DNA of 64,000 nucleotides from an uncultured delta proteobacterium. Its GTDB lineage: Bacteria > Myxococcota > Myxococcia > Myxococcales > Anaeromyxobacteraceae. Shown here one piece after another: positions 41,829 to 52,701 of this stretch (positions are counted from its first letter, which is position 1; each line of letters begins with the position of its first letter). The notes below the pieces were generated by a model. It made no database searches. It saw nothing but the letters and a program-made list of their open reading frames with translations, and was not told the origin of the DNA. A program made the position numbers and the translations under genes. The stretch is from assembly GCA_963814585.1 (NCBI GenBank), contig CAWFDF010000012.1, positions 448,001 through 512,000 on the forward strand. The letters are read 5' to 3'.

Positions 41829-41848
41829 GGATGCATAATCATGCATCC
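41829..41848. promoter_or_regulatory. ARG box (ArgR operator)
   Basis: Palindrome GGATGCAT-AATC-ATGCATCC fits the TGnAT-N4-ATnCA consensus and lies 2 nt upstream of the argC ATG. Confidence 0.8.
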
Positions 41849-41908
41849 GGGCCGGGAGATCAAGCCCGCCGCCGGGCCGGCCCCGGGCCGCCGGCACCCG
41901 GGAAAGGA

Positions 41909-41944
41909 CGAAGCCGGCGGGGCGAGCGCGCCACGCCGGCTTCG
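41909..41944 (-). terminator. Probable terminator after tRNA-Leu
   Basis: CGAAGCCGGCG...CGCCGGCTTCG stem followed by TCCTTT. Confidence 0.6.
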
Positions 41945-41946
41945 AG

Positions 41947-42030
41947 TGCCCAGGAGAGGATTCGAACCTCCACGGTTTTGAGGCCGCCAGACCCTGAATC
42001 TGGTGCGTCTACCAGTTCCGCCACCTGGGC
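41947..42030 (-). tRNA. tRNA-Leu(CAG)
   Basis: GCCCAGG acceptor, GGTAGACGC D-arm, CCAGA-TT-CAG-GG-TCTGG anticodon arm, GTTCGAATC; CCA not encoded. Confidence 0.96.
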
Positions 42031-42164
42031 GATGGGGGCCACGAAGTAGCAGGGGCGCGCCCGCCCTGTCAACCCGATCGCGGACCCGGGCGCTCCCGGC
42101 GGCCATTCGTTAGACCCTCCCCCGGTCGCGAGTAGAATCGGACGAGAGACAGGAAGGACACCGC

Positions 42165-42818
42165 ATGCCCCGCCTCGCCGCCTCGCTGACGCTGCTCCTC
42201 CTCGCCGCCCCGGCCCTGGGCCGGCCCGCGCCCGCCGCCGGCGGCGCGGAGGGCGACTTCCCCTCGCTGCTGGGCGGCGAGTCGCTGCGGGGCGGCACCG
42301 CGGCGCTGGCCACGGCCGGCTTCGCCACGCTCTCGCTGAGCTACGGCCAGGGGCTGACGGCACGCGACGACCTGGGCGGGCTCGCCCAGCTCACCTGGAG
42401 CACCAGCGAGCTGGTGCTGGGCGCCTTCTGGCACCGGCAGCTGGGCCGGGTCTGGGGGTGGGACCTCGGCAGCCGGCTGGCGGTCGGCTGGTACCTCGAC
42501 GGCGGCTCGACCCTCATCTACGACGACAACCTCTCCGACCGCGGCGTCCAGTTCGCGCCCGGCCTGGCCCTCTCCTCGCGCGGCCTCGGCCTGCTCACGG
42601 TGTCCTTCGACCTGCCCTTCACCGTCACCACCTGGCGGGGCGGCGGCACCTGGATCGCGCCGCGGCTGGGGGTGGGCTACGAGGCGGCGCTCTACGACCG
42701 GATCGCGCTGGGGGTGAGCGGCTCGCTGTCCTGGCGGGGCGGGACCGGCGGCGCGCCCATGCGGTCCGGCCAGGTGCTGCCCGAGCTGCTGGTGACCGCC
42801 ACCTGGAAGCTGGACTGA
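42165..42818 (+). CDS. Hypothetical exported protein, probable outer-membrane beta-barrel
   Basis: Signal peptide; alternating aromatic/Gly beta strands; ends LLVTATWKLD. Confidence 0.65.
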   Translation: MPRLAASLTLLLLAAPALGRPAPAAGGAEGDFPSLLGGESLRGGTAALATAGFATLSLSYGQGLTARDDLGGLAQLTWSTSELVLGAFWHRQLGRVWGWDLGSRLAVGWYLDGGSTLIYDDNLSDRGVQFAPGLALSSRGLGLLTVSFDLPFTVTTWRGGGTWIAPRLGVGYEAALYDRIALGVSGSLSWRGGTGGAPMRSGQVLPELLVTATWKLD

Positions 42819-42830
42819 CCGGCGGCGCGG

Positions 42831-44174
42831 TCACTGGATGGCGCGCAGCCGGCGCAGCATCTCGTCGGCGTCGATGGCGCCCATGATCCGGTCGGGCAAC
42901 TCGCGCCCGGCCGAGTCGAGGAAGACCACGGTCGGCATCCCCTGCACCTTGTAACGCTCGTGGATCGCCGACACCTCGTCGGTGGTCTCGGTGCCGTCCA
43001 CCTTCACCTTGACGAAGCGGGCCGCCTCCTGCTGCACCCGCGGATCGGCCCAGGCCAGCTTGTCCAGCTCCTTGCAGGCGGTGCACCACTCGGCCCAGAA
43101 GTCGACGATCACCGGCCGCCCGGCGGCGCGCGCGCTGGCCACCGCCTCGGGCTCGGAGTGCTGCCAGGCGAAGCCGGCCGCGGCGCGAGCCCGCTCGCGG
43201 GCCCCGGCCGCGCCGGCGCCGTAGATCACGCCCCCCACCAGCAGCGTCAGGCCGAGCGCCTTCAGCGCCCGCTCGTTGGGGCCGCCGTGGAAGGAGCGGT
43301 GCAGCGCGCCGAGCAGCACGCCGGCCCCGGCCACCGCCGCCGCCAGGGTGGCCGCCACCGGCGCCGCCGAGAAGACCGGCTTCAGGCCCGGCAGCAGGTC
43401 CTTCAGGTAGATGCCCGCCATGGCCAGCAGCGCCGCGCCGAAGACCGACTTGACGGTCTCCATCCAGGCGCCGCTCTTGGGCAGCGACACCGAGAAGACG
43501 CCGATGAGGAAGAAGAGCAGCCCCATGCCCAGCGCGTAGGGGAACATGATGGCGAGGCCCAGCCCCACCGAGCCCTTGGCGGCGATGTAGGTGAGCGCCG
43601 CGGCCAGCACCGGCCCGGTGCAGGGAGCGGCGATGACGCCCGCCACCAGCCCCATGCCGAAGGCGCCAGCCCGGCCGGCGCCACCCACCGAGTTGAGCCG
43701 CTGCTGCACGGAGGCCGGCAGCGACAGCTCGAAGGCGCCGAACATCGAGGCCGCCATGGCGGCGAGCACCAGCGCCACGCCGCCCATGACCCAGCCGTTC
43801 TGCATCACCGAACCGAAGGCCTGGCCGGTGAGCGCCGCGCCGACGCCGAGCGCCGAGTAGGTGACGGCGATGCCGAGCACGTAGAGGCCGGAGAGGAGCG
43901 CTGCCTCGCCGCGCGAGCCGGCCTTGCGGGCCCCGAAGATGGAGACGGTGATGGGGATGAGCGGGTAGACGCAGGGCGTGAGGCTGGTCAGGACGCCGCC
44001 GGCGAAGGCGACGGCGACGGCGAGCCAGGAGCCGCGGCCGAGCAGCTCCCCCAGCGCCAGGTCCCCCTTCGGTCCCGTCGAGCCAGCGCTCACCAGGTCC
44101 GGCAGCCAGAGGACCGCGGCGAAGGCGGCGAGGGAGAGGGCGACGGTGAGGGAGGTCCGGCTCGTGCTCGTCAT
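42831..44174 (-). CDS. dsbD: DsbD-like thiol:disulfide transporter with C-terminal thioredoxin
   Basis: SLTPCVYP, AAPCTGP, LPKSGAWM, DFWAEWCTAC, GMPT. Confidence 0.88.
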   Translation of the reverse strand: MTSTSRTSLTVALSLAAFAAVLWLPDLVSAGSTGPKGDLALGELLGRGSWLAVAVAFAGGVLTSLTPCVYPLIPITVSIFGARKAGSRGEAALLSGLYVLGIAVTYSALGVGAALTGQAFGSVMQNGWVMGGVALVLAAMAASMFGAFELSLPASVQQRLNSVGGAGRAGAFGMGLVAGVIAAPCTGPVLAAALTYIAAKGSVGLGLAIMFPYALGMGLLFFLIGVFSVSLPKSGAWMETVKSVFGAALLAMAGIYLKDLLPGLKPVFSAAPVAATLAAAVAGAGVLLGALHRSFHGGPNERALKALGLTLLVGGVIYGAGAAGARERARAAAGFAWQHSEPEAVASARAAGRPVIVDFWAEWCTACKELDKLAWADPRVQQEAARFVKVKVDGTETTDEVSAIHERYKVQGMPTVVFLDSAGRELPDRIMGAIDADEMLRRLRAIQ

Positions 44175-44241
44175 GTCGTTCCTGTTGCCCATCTAGCTGA
44201 AATTAGCCTGTCTCGCCCGGGATTTGTACCGCGCCCGCCCC

Positions 44242-44290
44242 TTGACCGGGCGGGGCCTTTCGAGGATAAACGACCAGGACCGTCCAGTAT
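44242..44290 (+). promoter_or_regulatory. iscS promoter with overlapping IscR/Rrf2 type-1-like box
   Basis: TTGACC-N17-GATAAA; 25-bp ATA-n3-GAC-n7-GTC-n3-TAT at 44266..44290. Confidence 0.6.
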
Positions 44291-44332
44291 TCCTGGCCCG
44301 GGGCGACCCCGCCCGCGCGGTCCGAGAACCAG

Positions 44333-45556
44333 ATGAAGCTGCCCATCTACATGGACTACCACGCGACCACCCCGGTCGATCCCAGGGTGCTCGACGCCAT
44401 GCTCCCCTTCTTCAAGGAGGACTTCGGCAACGCCGCCTCCAAGAGCCACGCCTTCGGCTGGCGGGCCGAGGCGGCGGTCGAGGAGGCCCGGGCCCAGGTG
44501 GCCGCCCTGATCGGGGCCACCGCCCGGGAGCTGGTCTGGACCTCCGGCGCCACCGAGTCGAACAACCTGGCCATCAAGGGGGCGGCCCAGTTCCACGCGG
44601 GAGAAGGGCCGCCACCTGGTCACCGTCGCCACCGAGCACAAGGCGGTGCTCGACACCATGCAGGCGCTCGAGCGCGAGGGCTGGTCGGTGACCGTCCTGC
44701 CGGTGGCCGGCGACGGCCGCGTCGACCCCGCCGCGGTGAAGGCGGCGCTCCGGCCCGACACCGTGCTGGTCTCGGTGATGCACGCCAACAACGAGACCGG
44801 CGTGATCCAGCCCATCGAGGCCATCGGCGCCATCACCCGCGCCGCCGGCGTCCTCTTCCACTGCGACGCGGCGCAGAGCGCCGGCAAGATCCCCTTCGAC
44901 GTGGAGCGGGCCCAGGTGGACCTGGCCTCGCTCTCGGCCCACAAGCTGTACGGCCCCAAGGGCGTGGGGGCCCTCTACGTCCGGCGCAAGCCGCGGGTCC
45001 GCCTGGTCGGCGCAGCTGGACGGCGGCGGCCACGAGCGCGGGCTGCGCTCCGGCACGCTCAACGTCCCCGGGCATCGTCGGCTTCGGGAAGGCCTGCGAG
45101 CTGGCCGGCGCCGAGCGCGAGGCGGAGGCGGCCCGGGTCCTCGGGCTGCGCGAGCGGCTGCGGCGCGGCCTGGAGGCCGGGCTCGACCTGGTCTCCGTGA
45201 ACGGCTCGCTGGAGCACCGGCTGCCGGGCAACCTCAACGTCAGCTTCGCCTACGTGGAGGGCGAGGCCATGATGATGGCCATCAAGGACGTGGCGGTCTC
45301 CTCCGGCTCGGCCTGCACCTCGGCCTCGCTGGAGCCCTCCTACGTGCTGCGGGCCATGGGGATCGCCGACGACCTGGCCCACAGCTCGATCCGCTTCGGC
45401 CTGGGGCGCTTCAACACCGACGAGGAGGTCGACCTCGTCGTCGGGCTGGTGATCGCCAAGGCCAGGAAGCTGCGCGACATGAGCCCGCTCTACGAGATGG
45501 CCAGGGACGGCGTCGACCTGTCCCGCGTCGAGTGGGCCAACCCGCACCACGGGTGA
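44333..45556 (+). CDS. iscS: Cysteine desulfurase IscS (three +1 indels)
   Basis: [43 protein letters not shown] across three frames; extra bases at about 44600, 45009 and 45070. Confidence 0.92.
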   Translation: MKLPIYMDYHATTPVDPRVLDAMLPFFKEDFGNAASKSHAFGWRAEAAVEEARAQVAALIGATARELVWTSGATESNNLAIKGAAQFHAGEGPPPGHRRHRAQGGARHHAGARARGLVGDRPAGGRRRPRRPRRGEGGAPARHRAGLGDARQQRDRRDPAHRGHRRHHPRRRRPLPLRRGAERRQDPLRRGAGPGGPGLALGPQAVRPQGRGGPLRPAQAAGPPGRRSWTAAATSAGCAPARSTSPGIVGFGKACELAGAEREAEAARVLGLRERLRRGLEAGLDLVSVNGSLEHRLPGNLNVSFAYVEGEAMMMAIKDVAVSSGSACTSASLEPSYVLRAMGIADDLAHSSIRFGLGRFNTDEEVDLVVGLVIAKARKLRDMSPLYEMARDGVDLSRVEWANPHHG

Positions 45557-45566
45557 GGGGAGCGAC

Positions 45567-45998
45567 GTGGCGTACTCGGACAAGGTCATCGACCACTACG
45601 AGAACCCGCGCAACGTGGGCTCGCTCGACCAGGCGACCGCCGACGTCGGCACCGGCCTGGTGGGCGCGCCCGCCTGCGGCGACGTCATGAAGCTGCAGAT
45701 CAGGGTGAGCGACGAGGGCGTCATCGAGGACGCCAGGTTCAAGACCTTCGGCTGCGGCTCGGCCATCGCCTCCTCGTCGCTGGTGACCGAGTGGGTCAAG
45801 GGCAGGACCGTGGCCGAGGCCATGCAGATCAAGAACACCGACGTGGCGCACGAGCTCGACCTCCCGCCCGTCAAGGTCCACTGCTCGGTCCTGGCCGAGG
45901 ACGCCATCAAGGCGGCGGTCGCCGACTGGCGGCGCAAGCAGCAGGCCAGGGAGGCCGCGGCGCCGCGCGCCGGCGGCGTCCCCGGTCCGGAGCGGTAG
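45567..45998 (+). CDS. iscU: Fe-S scaffold IscU
   Basis: YSDKVIDHYENPRNVG, APACGD, FGCGSA, LPPVKVHC. Confidence 0.97.
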   Translation: MAYSDKVIDHYENPRNVGSLDQATADVGTGLVGAPACGDVMKLQIRVSDEGVIEDARFKTFGCGSAIASSSLVTEWVKGRTVAEAMQIKNTDVAHELDLPPVKVHCSVLAEDAIKAAVADWRRKQQAREAAAPRAGGVPGPER

Positions 45999-46011
45999 CG
46001 GGGCGGCGGCC

Positions 46012-46190
46012 AGTGCCGCGCCCCAGGCAAGATGACGTGACGAGAGAGCCGAGACCGAAGCGAGGCTGGCGCCCGAGGAGGGAGCAGCGGAAGCGTAGCA
46101 GCGCTACGCTGAGCAGCGGACCGACGAGGCCGCCTGCCGCAGCGAGAGGATCGGCTCTCGCAGTAGGCATCTTGCCTGGGGCGCGGCACT
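46012..46190. mobile_element. MITE-like element with 23-bp terminal inverted repeats
   Basis: AGTGCCGCGCCCCAGGCAAGATG (46012-46034) and its exact reverse complement (46168-46190); nested inner IRs; CCAG/CTAG ends; no ORF. Confidence 0.7.
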
Positions 46191-46202
46191 AGGAGGCCGG
46201 GC

Positions 46203-46837
46203 GTGACCTGCTGGAGCTGCCACGCCGCGACGGCGCCCGAGGTGTCCTTCTGCGGGACCTGCCGGAAGCTCCAGCCCATCGGCCCGGCCGAGGACCACTT
46301 CTCGCTGTTCGGCCTCCCCCGCGAGTACGCGCTCGACCCGCGCCAGCTGGAGCAGCGCTTCCGCGACCTCTCCCGCCACCTCCACCCCGACCGCTTCGCC
46401 CGCGCCGAGCCGCGCGAGCGGCGCCTCGCGCTGGAGCGGGCCACCCGGCTCAACGACGCCTACCGGGTCCTCAAGGACTGGCGCCGCCGGGCCGCCTACC
46501 TGCTCCAGCTGGCCGGGCAGGACGTCCTCGGCGGGGGGAGCTCCGTCCACGACGCGGAGTTCCTCGAGGAGCAGCTGGCGTGGCGCGAGGCGCTGGCGCT
46601 GGCCCGCGCCGGCGGCGACACGGCGGCGCTCCGCGAGATCGCCGGCCGCGCCCGGCAGCGCCTCGGCGAGCTGGAGCCGGACTGCCGCCGGCGCTTCGAG
46701 GACCCGGGCTGGTCCGGCGAGCCGGCCCCGGAGATCGCCCGCCGCCTCTCGCGGGCGCGCTACTACGACAACATCATCGCCGACGCCGAGCGCGACGCCG
46801 GCGCCGCGCCCGGCGCCCCCGGGCGACTGGAGCCGTG

Positions 46838-46838
<1 letters not shown>
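46203..46838 (+). CDS. hscB: Co-chaperone HscB with N-terminal C4 metal-binding motif
   Basis: AGGAGG RBS; CWSC-x10-CGTC; J-domain [20 protein letters not shown]. Confidence 0.9.
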
Positions 46839-48700
<1,862 letters not shown>

Positions 48701-48756
48701 ATCGGGTCGGCTGGCGCCGAGGAGGTGCCGTGGGCCCAGGAGGGCCGGATCCCCGG

Positions 48757-50568
48757 CTACTCGGGAGGCGCGGCGGCGCGCCGGGCGAAGGCCAGCGCGA
48801 TGGAGCCCTCGTCGACGAAGCCGAGGAGCCGACCCTCCCCGTCGGTGACGGGCAGCTCGCGGACCCCGTTGCCGACCATGCGCTCGAAGGCCACGTGCAG
48901 GGCGTCGTCCGGCCGAACCGCCGGGGCTGGCCGCATCACGTCAGCGGCGTTGATGGGGGCCCCGGCGCTCTCCTCGGCCGCCAGCATGACCAGGTCCGCC
49001 AGGTTGATGATCCCGACCACGCGGTCCCCGGAGACGACGGGGAACACCTCCTGCCGCTCCGGGCTGGAGAGGCCGGCCAGGAGCTCGGCGAGCGGCGTCG
49101 CCGGCTCGAAGGCGACGTGGACCCGGGTGCCGAGCGGTACGTCGGCGACCCGGAGGCCCGCCAGCGAGCCAGCGACCCCGCGCCGGCGCAGGTCGACGCC
49201 GTCCTGCTCGAGGAGCGCCTCGTAGATGGGCGTCGGCCGGTAGTGCCTGGCGATGCCGTAGGCCATCATGTTGGCAATCATGAGCGGCAGGATCAGCGAG
49301 TAGCCGCCCGTCATCTCCACGATGATGAGCACCGAGGTGATGGGGGCCCGGATGATGCCGGCGAAGACCGCGCCCATGCCGACCAGCGCGAAGGACCCCA
49401 GCGACTCGGGGCCGTGCTGGAGCAGCGCCACGTCGAGCGCCCCGACCGCCCCGCCCGCCATGCCGCCGATGAAGAGGGCGGGGGCGAAGATGCCGCCCGC
49501 CCCGCCGCTCGAGTAGGAGAAGACGGTGGCGATGATCTTGAGCGCGCAGAGCGAGAGCAGCGCGCCCACCGCCAGCTTCCCCGACAGCGCCGCGCCCAGG
49601 GTCGAGTAGCCGCCGCCGGTGATGCCCTCCGTCCCCAGGAACCCCATCGCGACCACGGCGAGGGCGCCCGTGACCAGTCCCCCGACGGCCGGCTTGGCCC
49701 AGCCAGGAAGCCGCTTCAGGCCGCGAAAGCCCAGACGGAGCGCGAGCAGCGAGTCGATGAAGAGGATGGAAAGGATGGCCGCGACCAGGCCGAGTGCGGC
49801 ATAGAGGAGGAGCGAGGAGGCGTGGTCGAGCCCGGCGCCGGGTGGGATGTCGAAGACCGGGTGGGTCCCGAGGATGCTCCTCTCCACGATGGCGGCCAGG
49901 GCGGCGGCCACGATGACGCCGGAGAGCACCGTCTGGTCGAGCGTGCCGACCACCTCCTCGATGGTGAAGGTGACGGCGGCAATGGGGGCGTTGAACGCGG
50001 CGGCGATCCCGGCGGCGGCGCCGACCGGCAGGAGCCTGCGGACGTCGTCCGGGGAGAGGCGCGCCAGGCGCCCGATCCGGCTGGCCAGGCCGGCAGCGAT
50101 CTGGACGGTCGGGCCCTCCCGCCCCAGCGAGGAGCCGGTGCCGATCTGCAGGGCCCCGACGAAGAACTTCCCCACCGCGTCCCGCATGCGGAGCGGGGCG
50201 CCTCGCCCAGCGTAGGCGACCTTGACCTGCGGGATGCCGCTGCCGCGGGCGTTGGGGACGACGTACTGGAGCAGCAGGCCGGCGGCCAGGCCGCCGAGCG
50301 TGGGGACGAGCAGCGTCCACCAGATCCAGCTCCGGCCCGGCGCCGCCAGGGCCGGGTCGATGGCGAGGTGGCTGACCAGCTCGATGAGCTGGTGGAAGGC
50401 CACGGCGGCCAGGCCGCAGGCGCCGCCGATGACCACGGTCAGGACGAACAGCCGCTGGCGCTCATTCGGCAGCGCGCGGCGGACCAGGAGGCCTAGGGCC
50501 CTCCAGGCGGTGGAGGCCATCGCCACCGCCGAGGCGTGCCAGACTCGTCTCGGGTCACCCGGGCGCAT
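48757..50568 (-). CDS. CLC Cl-/H+ antiporter with CBS domains
   Basis: GSGIP, GREGP, AFNAP...IEE, GGIFAP, PIY motifs; C-terminal CBS pair; start uncertain (50568 or 50520). Confidence 0.92.
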   Translation of the reverse strand: MRPGDPRRVWHASAVAMASTAWRALGLLVRRALPNERQRLFVLTVVIGGACGLAAVAFHQLIELVSHLAIDPALAAPGRSWIWWTLLVPTLGGLAAGLLLQYVVPNARGSGIPQVKVAYAGRGAPLRMRDAVGKFFVGALQIGTGSSLGREGPTVQIAAGLASRIGRLARLSPDDVRRLLPVGAAAGIAAAFNAPIAAVTFTIEEVVGTLDQTVLSGVIVAAALAAIVERSILGTHPVFDIPPGAGLDHASSLLLYAALGLVAAILSILFIDSLLALRLGFRGLKRLPGWAKPAVGGLVTGALAVVAMGFLGTEGITGGGYSTLGAALSGKLAVGALLSLCALKIIATVFSYSSGGAGGIFAPALFIGGMAGGAVGALDVALLQHGPESLGSFALVGMGAVFAGIIRAPITSVLIIVEMTGGYSLILPLMIANMMAYGIARHYRPTPIYEALLEQDGVDLRRRGVAGSLAGLRVADVPLGTRVHVAFEPATPLAELLAGLSSPERQEVFPVVSGDRVVGIINLADLVMLAAEESAGAPINAADVMRPAPAVRPDDALHVAFERMVGNGVRELPVTDGEGRLLGFVDEGSIALAFARRAAAPPE

Positions 50569-50698
50569 GGTCTCGCCGACTATAGTGCTTCGGCGAGAGC
50601 CGGTCCGCACCACCTGGCTTCCTCGATCTGGCCCGCGCCACGAGCAGCCGCGGGCCCGTGGCAGGCGTGCGGTATGGTGGGGGGCGGTGATCTCGAAC

Positions 50699-51970
50699 AT
50701 GCCAGGCGCAGCCAGACTCCCGCCGCCACCCTCGGCCCAGGCGCACGCCGCGCCCGCCGTGACCGGGCCGGAAGCGCCCGGCACCATCGTGGTCGCGGTC
50801 CAGGGCCACGCCGACCAGGCCAGGGCGGCGGGCCTGGAGCTGGCGGAGCGCCTCCGCGACCGCTTCACGACGCTGGCGCCGGTGGTGCTGGTGAACGCGC
50901 TCCGCGGCGGCACGGTGACGCTGGCGCCGCTGGAGCCGGTTGGGGCGGCCCCGGCCGGCGACGCCCCGGGCCTGACGCCGGCGGCGAGCCAGGGCGCGAT
51001 CCCCGGCTACGCCAGCCCGCTCGGGCCGCTGCTCCGCGAGGGCGTGGCCCGGGGCGCCGTCGCCGTGGCCATCGTCGCCGCGGAGCCACACGACCAGTCG
51101 ATCGACTGGCTGGAGCGGCTGCTCGCCCCGGTGGTGGAGGGCGGCGTCGACTTCGTCTGCCCCACCTACCGGCGGCACCGGACCGACGGGGCCATCAACA
51201 CCGGCATCGTGGCGCCACTGATCCGGACGCTCTACGGGCGGCAGCTCCGCCAGCCGCTCGGGACGGAGGCCGCCATCTCGTCCGCCCTGGCCCGGCGGCT
51301 GCTCGCCGACGAGGACTGGCGGCGGCGGCCGGCGGAGGCGGGGTCCGACGCCTGGCTGGTCGCCAAGGTCCTCGGCAGCGATGCCCGGGTGGCGCAGGCC
51401 TGGCTGGGGGCCTGGCCGCGGCCGTCGGCAGGGCCCGAGGACCTGAGCGAGACGCTGACCCGCGCGCTCGGCCTGGTGTTCGGCGAGATGGAGCGGAGCG
51501 CCGACCAGTGGCAGCGGACCGGGCCCTCGCGGCCGGTGCCGACGCTCGGGAGCGGCGGCTTCGAGCCCGGCGGCGAGCGGCCCGATCCGGCCCGGCTCTT
51601 CCAGGCCTTCGCGCGGGGCCTGCGCGACCTGCTCCCGGTCTGGGGCCTGGTGCTGCCGCCCGCCACGCTCCTGGAGCTGCAGCGCCATGCCGCGCGCCCC
51701 ATCGAGGCGGGCGGCCTGCCCGACGAGCTCTGGGCGCGGGCCATCTTCGACTTCTCCGTGGCCCACCTGGTGCGCCGGGTGGAGCGCCGCCAGCTGCTGC
51801 GCTCGCTGGCCCCGCTCTACCTGGGCTGGCTGGCCGGCCTGGCCAGCGCCGCGAACGCCCTGGACGACGCGGGCTTCGAGGCCCGGGTGGAAGCGACCGC
51901 CAGCGCCTTCGAGCGTGAGAAGCCGTACCTCATCGCGCGCTGGCGCTGGCCGGACGAGTTCAATCCCTGA
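50699..51970 (+). CDS. GT-A fold glycosyltransferase-like protein (glucosyl/mannosylglycerate synthase-like), DxD motif missing
   Basis: WLERLLAPV...DFVCPTYRRH...DGAI...LYGRQLRQPLG...LWARAI...LAPLYLG...FEREKPYLIARW. Confidence 0.7.
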   Translation: MPGAARLPPPPSAQAHAAPAVTGPEAPGTIVVAVQGHADQARAAGLELAERLRDRFTTLAPVVLVNALRGGTVTLAPLEPVGAAPAGDAPGLTPAASQGAIPGYASPLGPLLREGVARGAVAVAIVAAEPHDQSIDWLERLLAPVVEGGVDFVCPTYRRHRTDGAINTGIVAPLIRTLYGRQLRQPLGTEAAISSALARRLLADEDWRRRPAEAGSDAWLVAKVLGSDARVAQAWLGAWPRPSAGPEDLSETLTRALGLVFGEMERSADQWQRTGPSRPVPTLGSGGFEPGGERPDPARLFQAFARGLRDLLPVWGLVLPPATLLELQRHAARPIEAGGLPDELWARAIFDFSVAHLVRRVERRQLLRSLAPLYLGWLAGLASAANALDDAGFEARVEATASAFEREKPYLIARWRWPDEFNP

Positions 51971-51981
51971 GGAGGACGACC

Positions 51982-52689
51982 ATGTGGGAACAGACCAAGA
52001 CCACGTTCCTGGAAGCCGTCGGGCGGGTCGCACACACGCTGGCCCGGCTGCTCCCCGGCCTGCTGGTGATGCTCCTGCTCACCCTCCTCTCGGCGGCCCT
52101 GGCGCTGGTGGCGTCCGCGCTGATGCGCCGGGTCGGCGCCCGGCTCGAGGTCGACCGCCGCCTGCGCGAGTGGGGCATGGCGCCGCCCGCCCAGCCCGGG
52201 CACCTCGGCCCGACCCGCTTCGCCGGGCGCCTGGCGGCGTGGACCGTGGTGGCCATCGGGTTCCTGGTCGGCCTGAACGTCCTCGAGACCAGCGCCACCA
52301 GCGCCCTGGCGCAGCGGCTCCTCGACTACATCCCCCACGCCCTGGTGGCGCTGGTGATCCTGGCGGCCGGGATCGCCGGCTCCCGGGCCCTGGAGCGGAG
52401 CGTCCTCATCGGCTCGGTGAACATGGGGCTCCACTCGGCCCGCCTCCTCGGGCTCGGCGCCCGCTGGCTGCTGCTCATCCTGGCCTCGGCCATGGCGCTC
52501 GAGCACCTCGGGATCGGGGGCACCATCCTGACCGCCGCCTTCAGCATCCTCTTCGGCGGCATCGTGCTCTCGCTGTCGCTCGCCGTCGGCCTGGGGGCCA
52601 GGGACGTGGTGGCGAGGTCGCTGGAGCGGAGGTTCCAGGAGGGCGAGAGGCGGGAGCCCCCGACCGGCGAGCAGGACCACCACCTCTGA
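51982..52689 (+). CDS. Membrane protein of the MscS-associated TM-helix (CmpX-like) type
   Basis: GAGGAGG RBS; YIPHALVALVIL...MALEHLGIG...LAVGLGARD. Confidence 0.75.
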   Translation: MWEQTKTTFLEAVGRVAHTLARLLPGLLVMLLLTLLSAALALVASALMRRVGARLEVDRRLREWGMAPPAQPGHLGPTRFAGRLAAWTVVAIGFLVGLNVLETSATSALAQRLLDYIPHALVALVILAAGIAGSRALERSVLIGSVNMGLHSARLLGLGARWLLLILASAMALEHLGIGGTILTAAFSILFGGIVLSLSLAVGLGARDVVARSLERRFQEGERREPPTGEQDHHL

Positions 52690-52701
52690 CCCGGAGCGCG
52701 C

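Noticed and set aside
41947..42030. tRNA-Leu or the tRNA-Ser genes as prophage/island attachment sites
   Set aside because: No integrase and no duplicated tRNA 3' end was seen in the window.
44333..45556. iscS and ybaB as true pseudogenes
   Set aside because: All catalytic motifs and codon bias are intact, and the homopolymer-type indels fit sequencing error better.
50569..50698. Fluoride riboswitch upstream of the CLC gene
   Set aside because: No crcB-motif consensus was recognised, and the protein has Cl-type GSGIP, GREGP and Tyr motifs rather than CLC-F ones.
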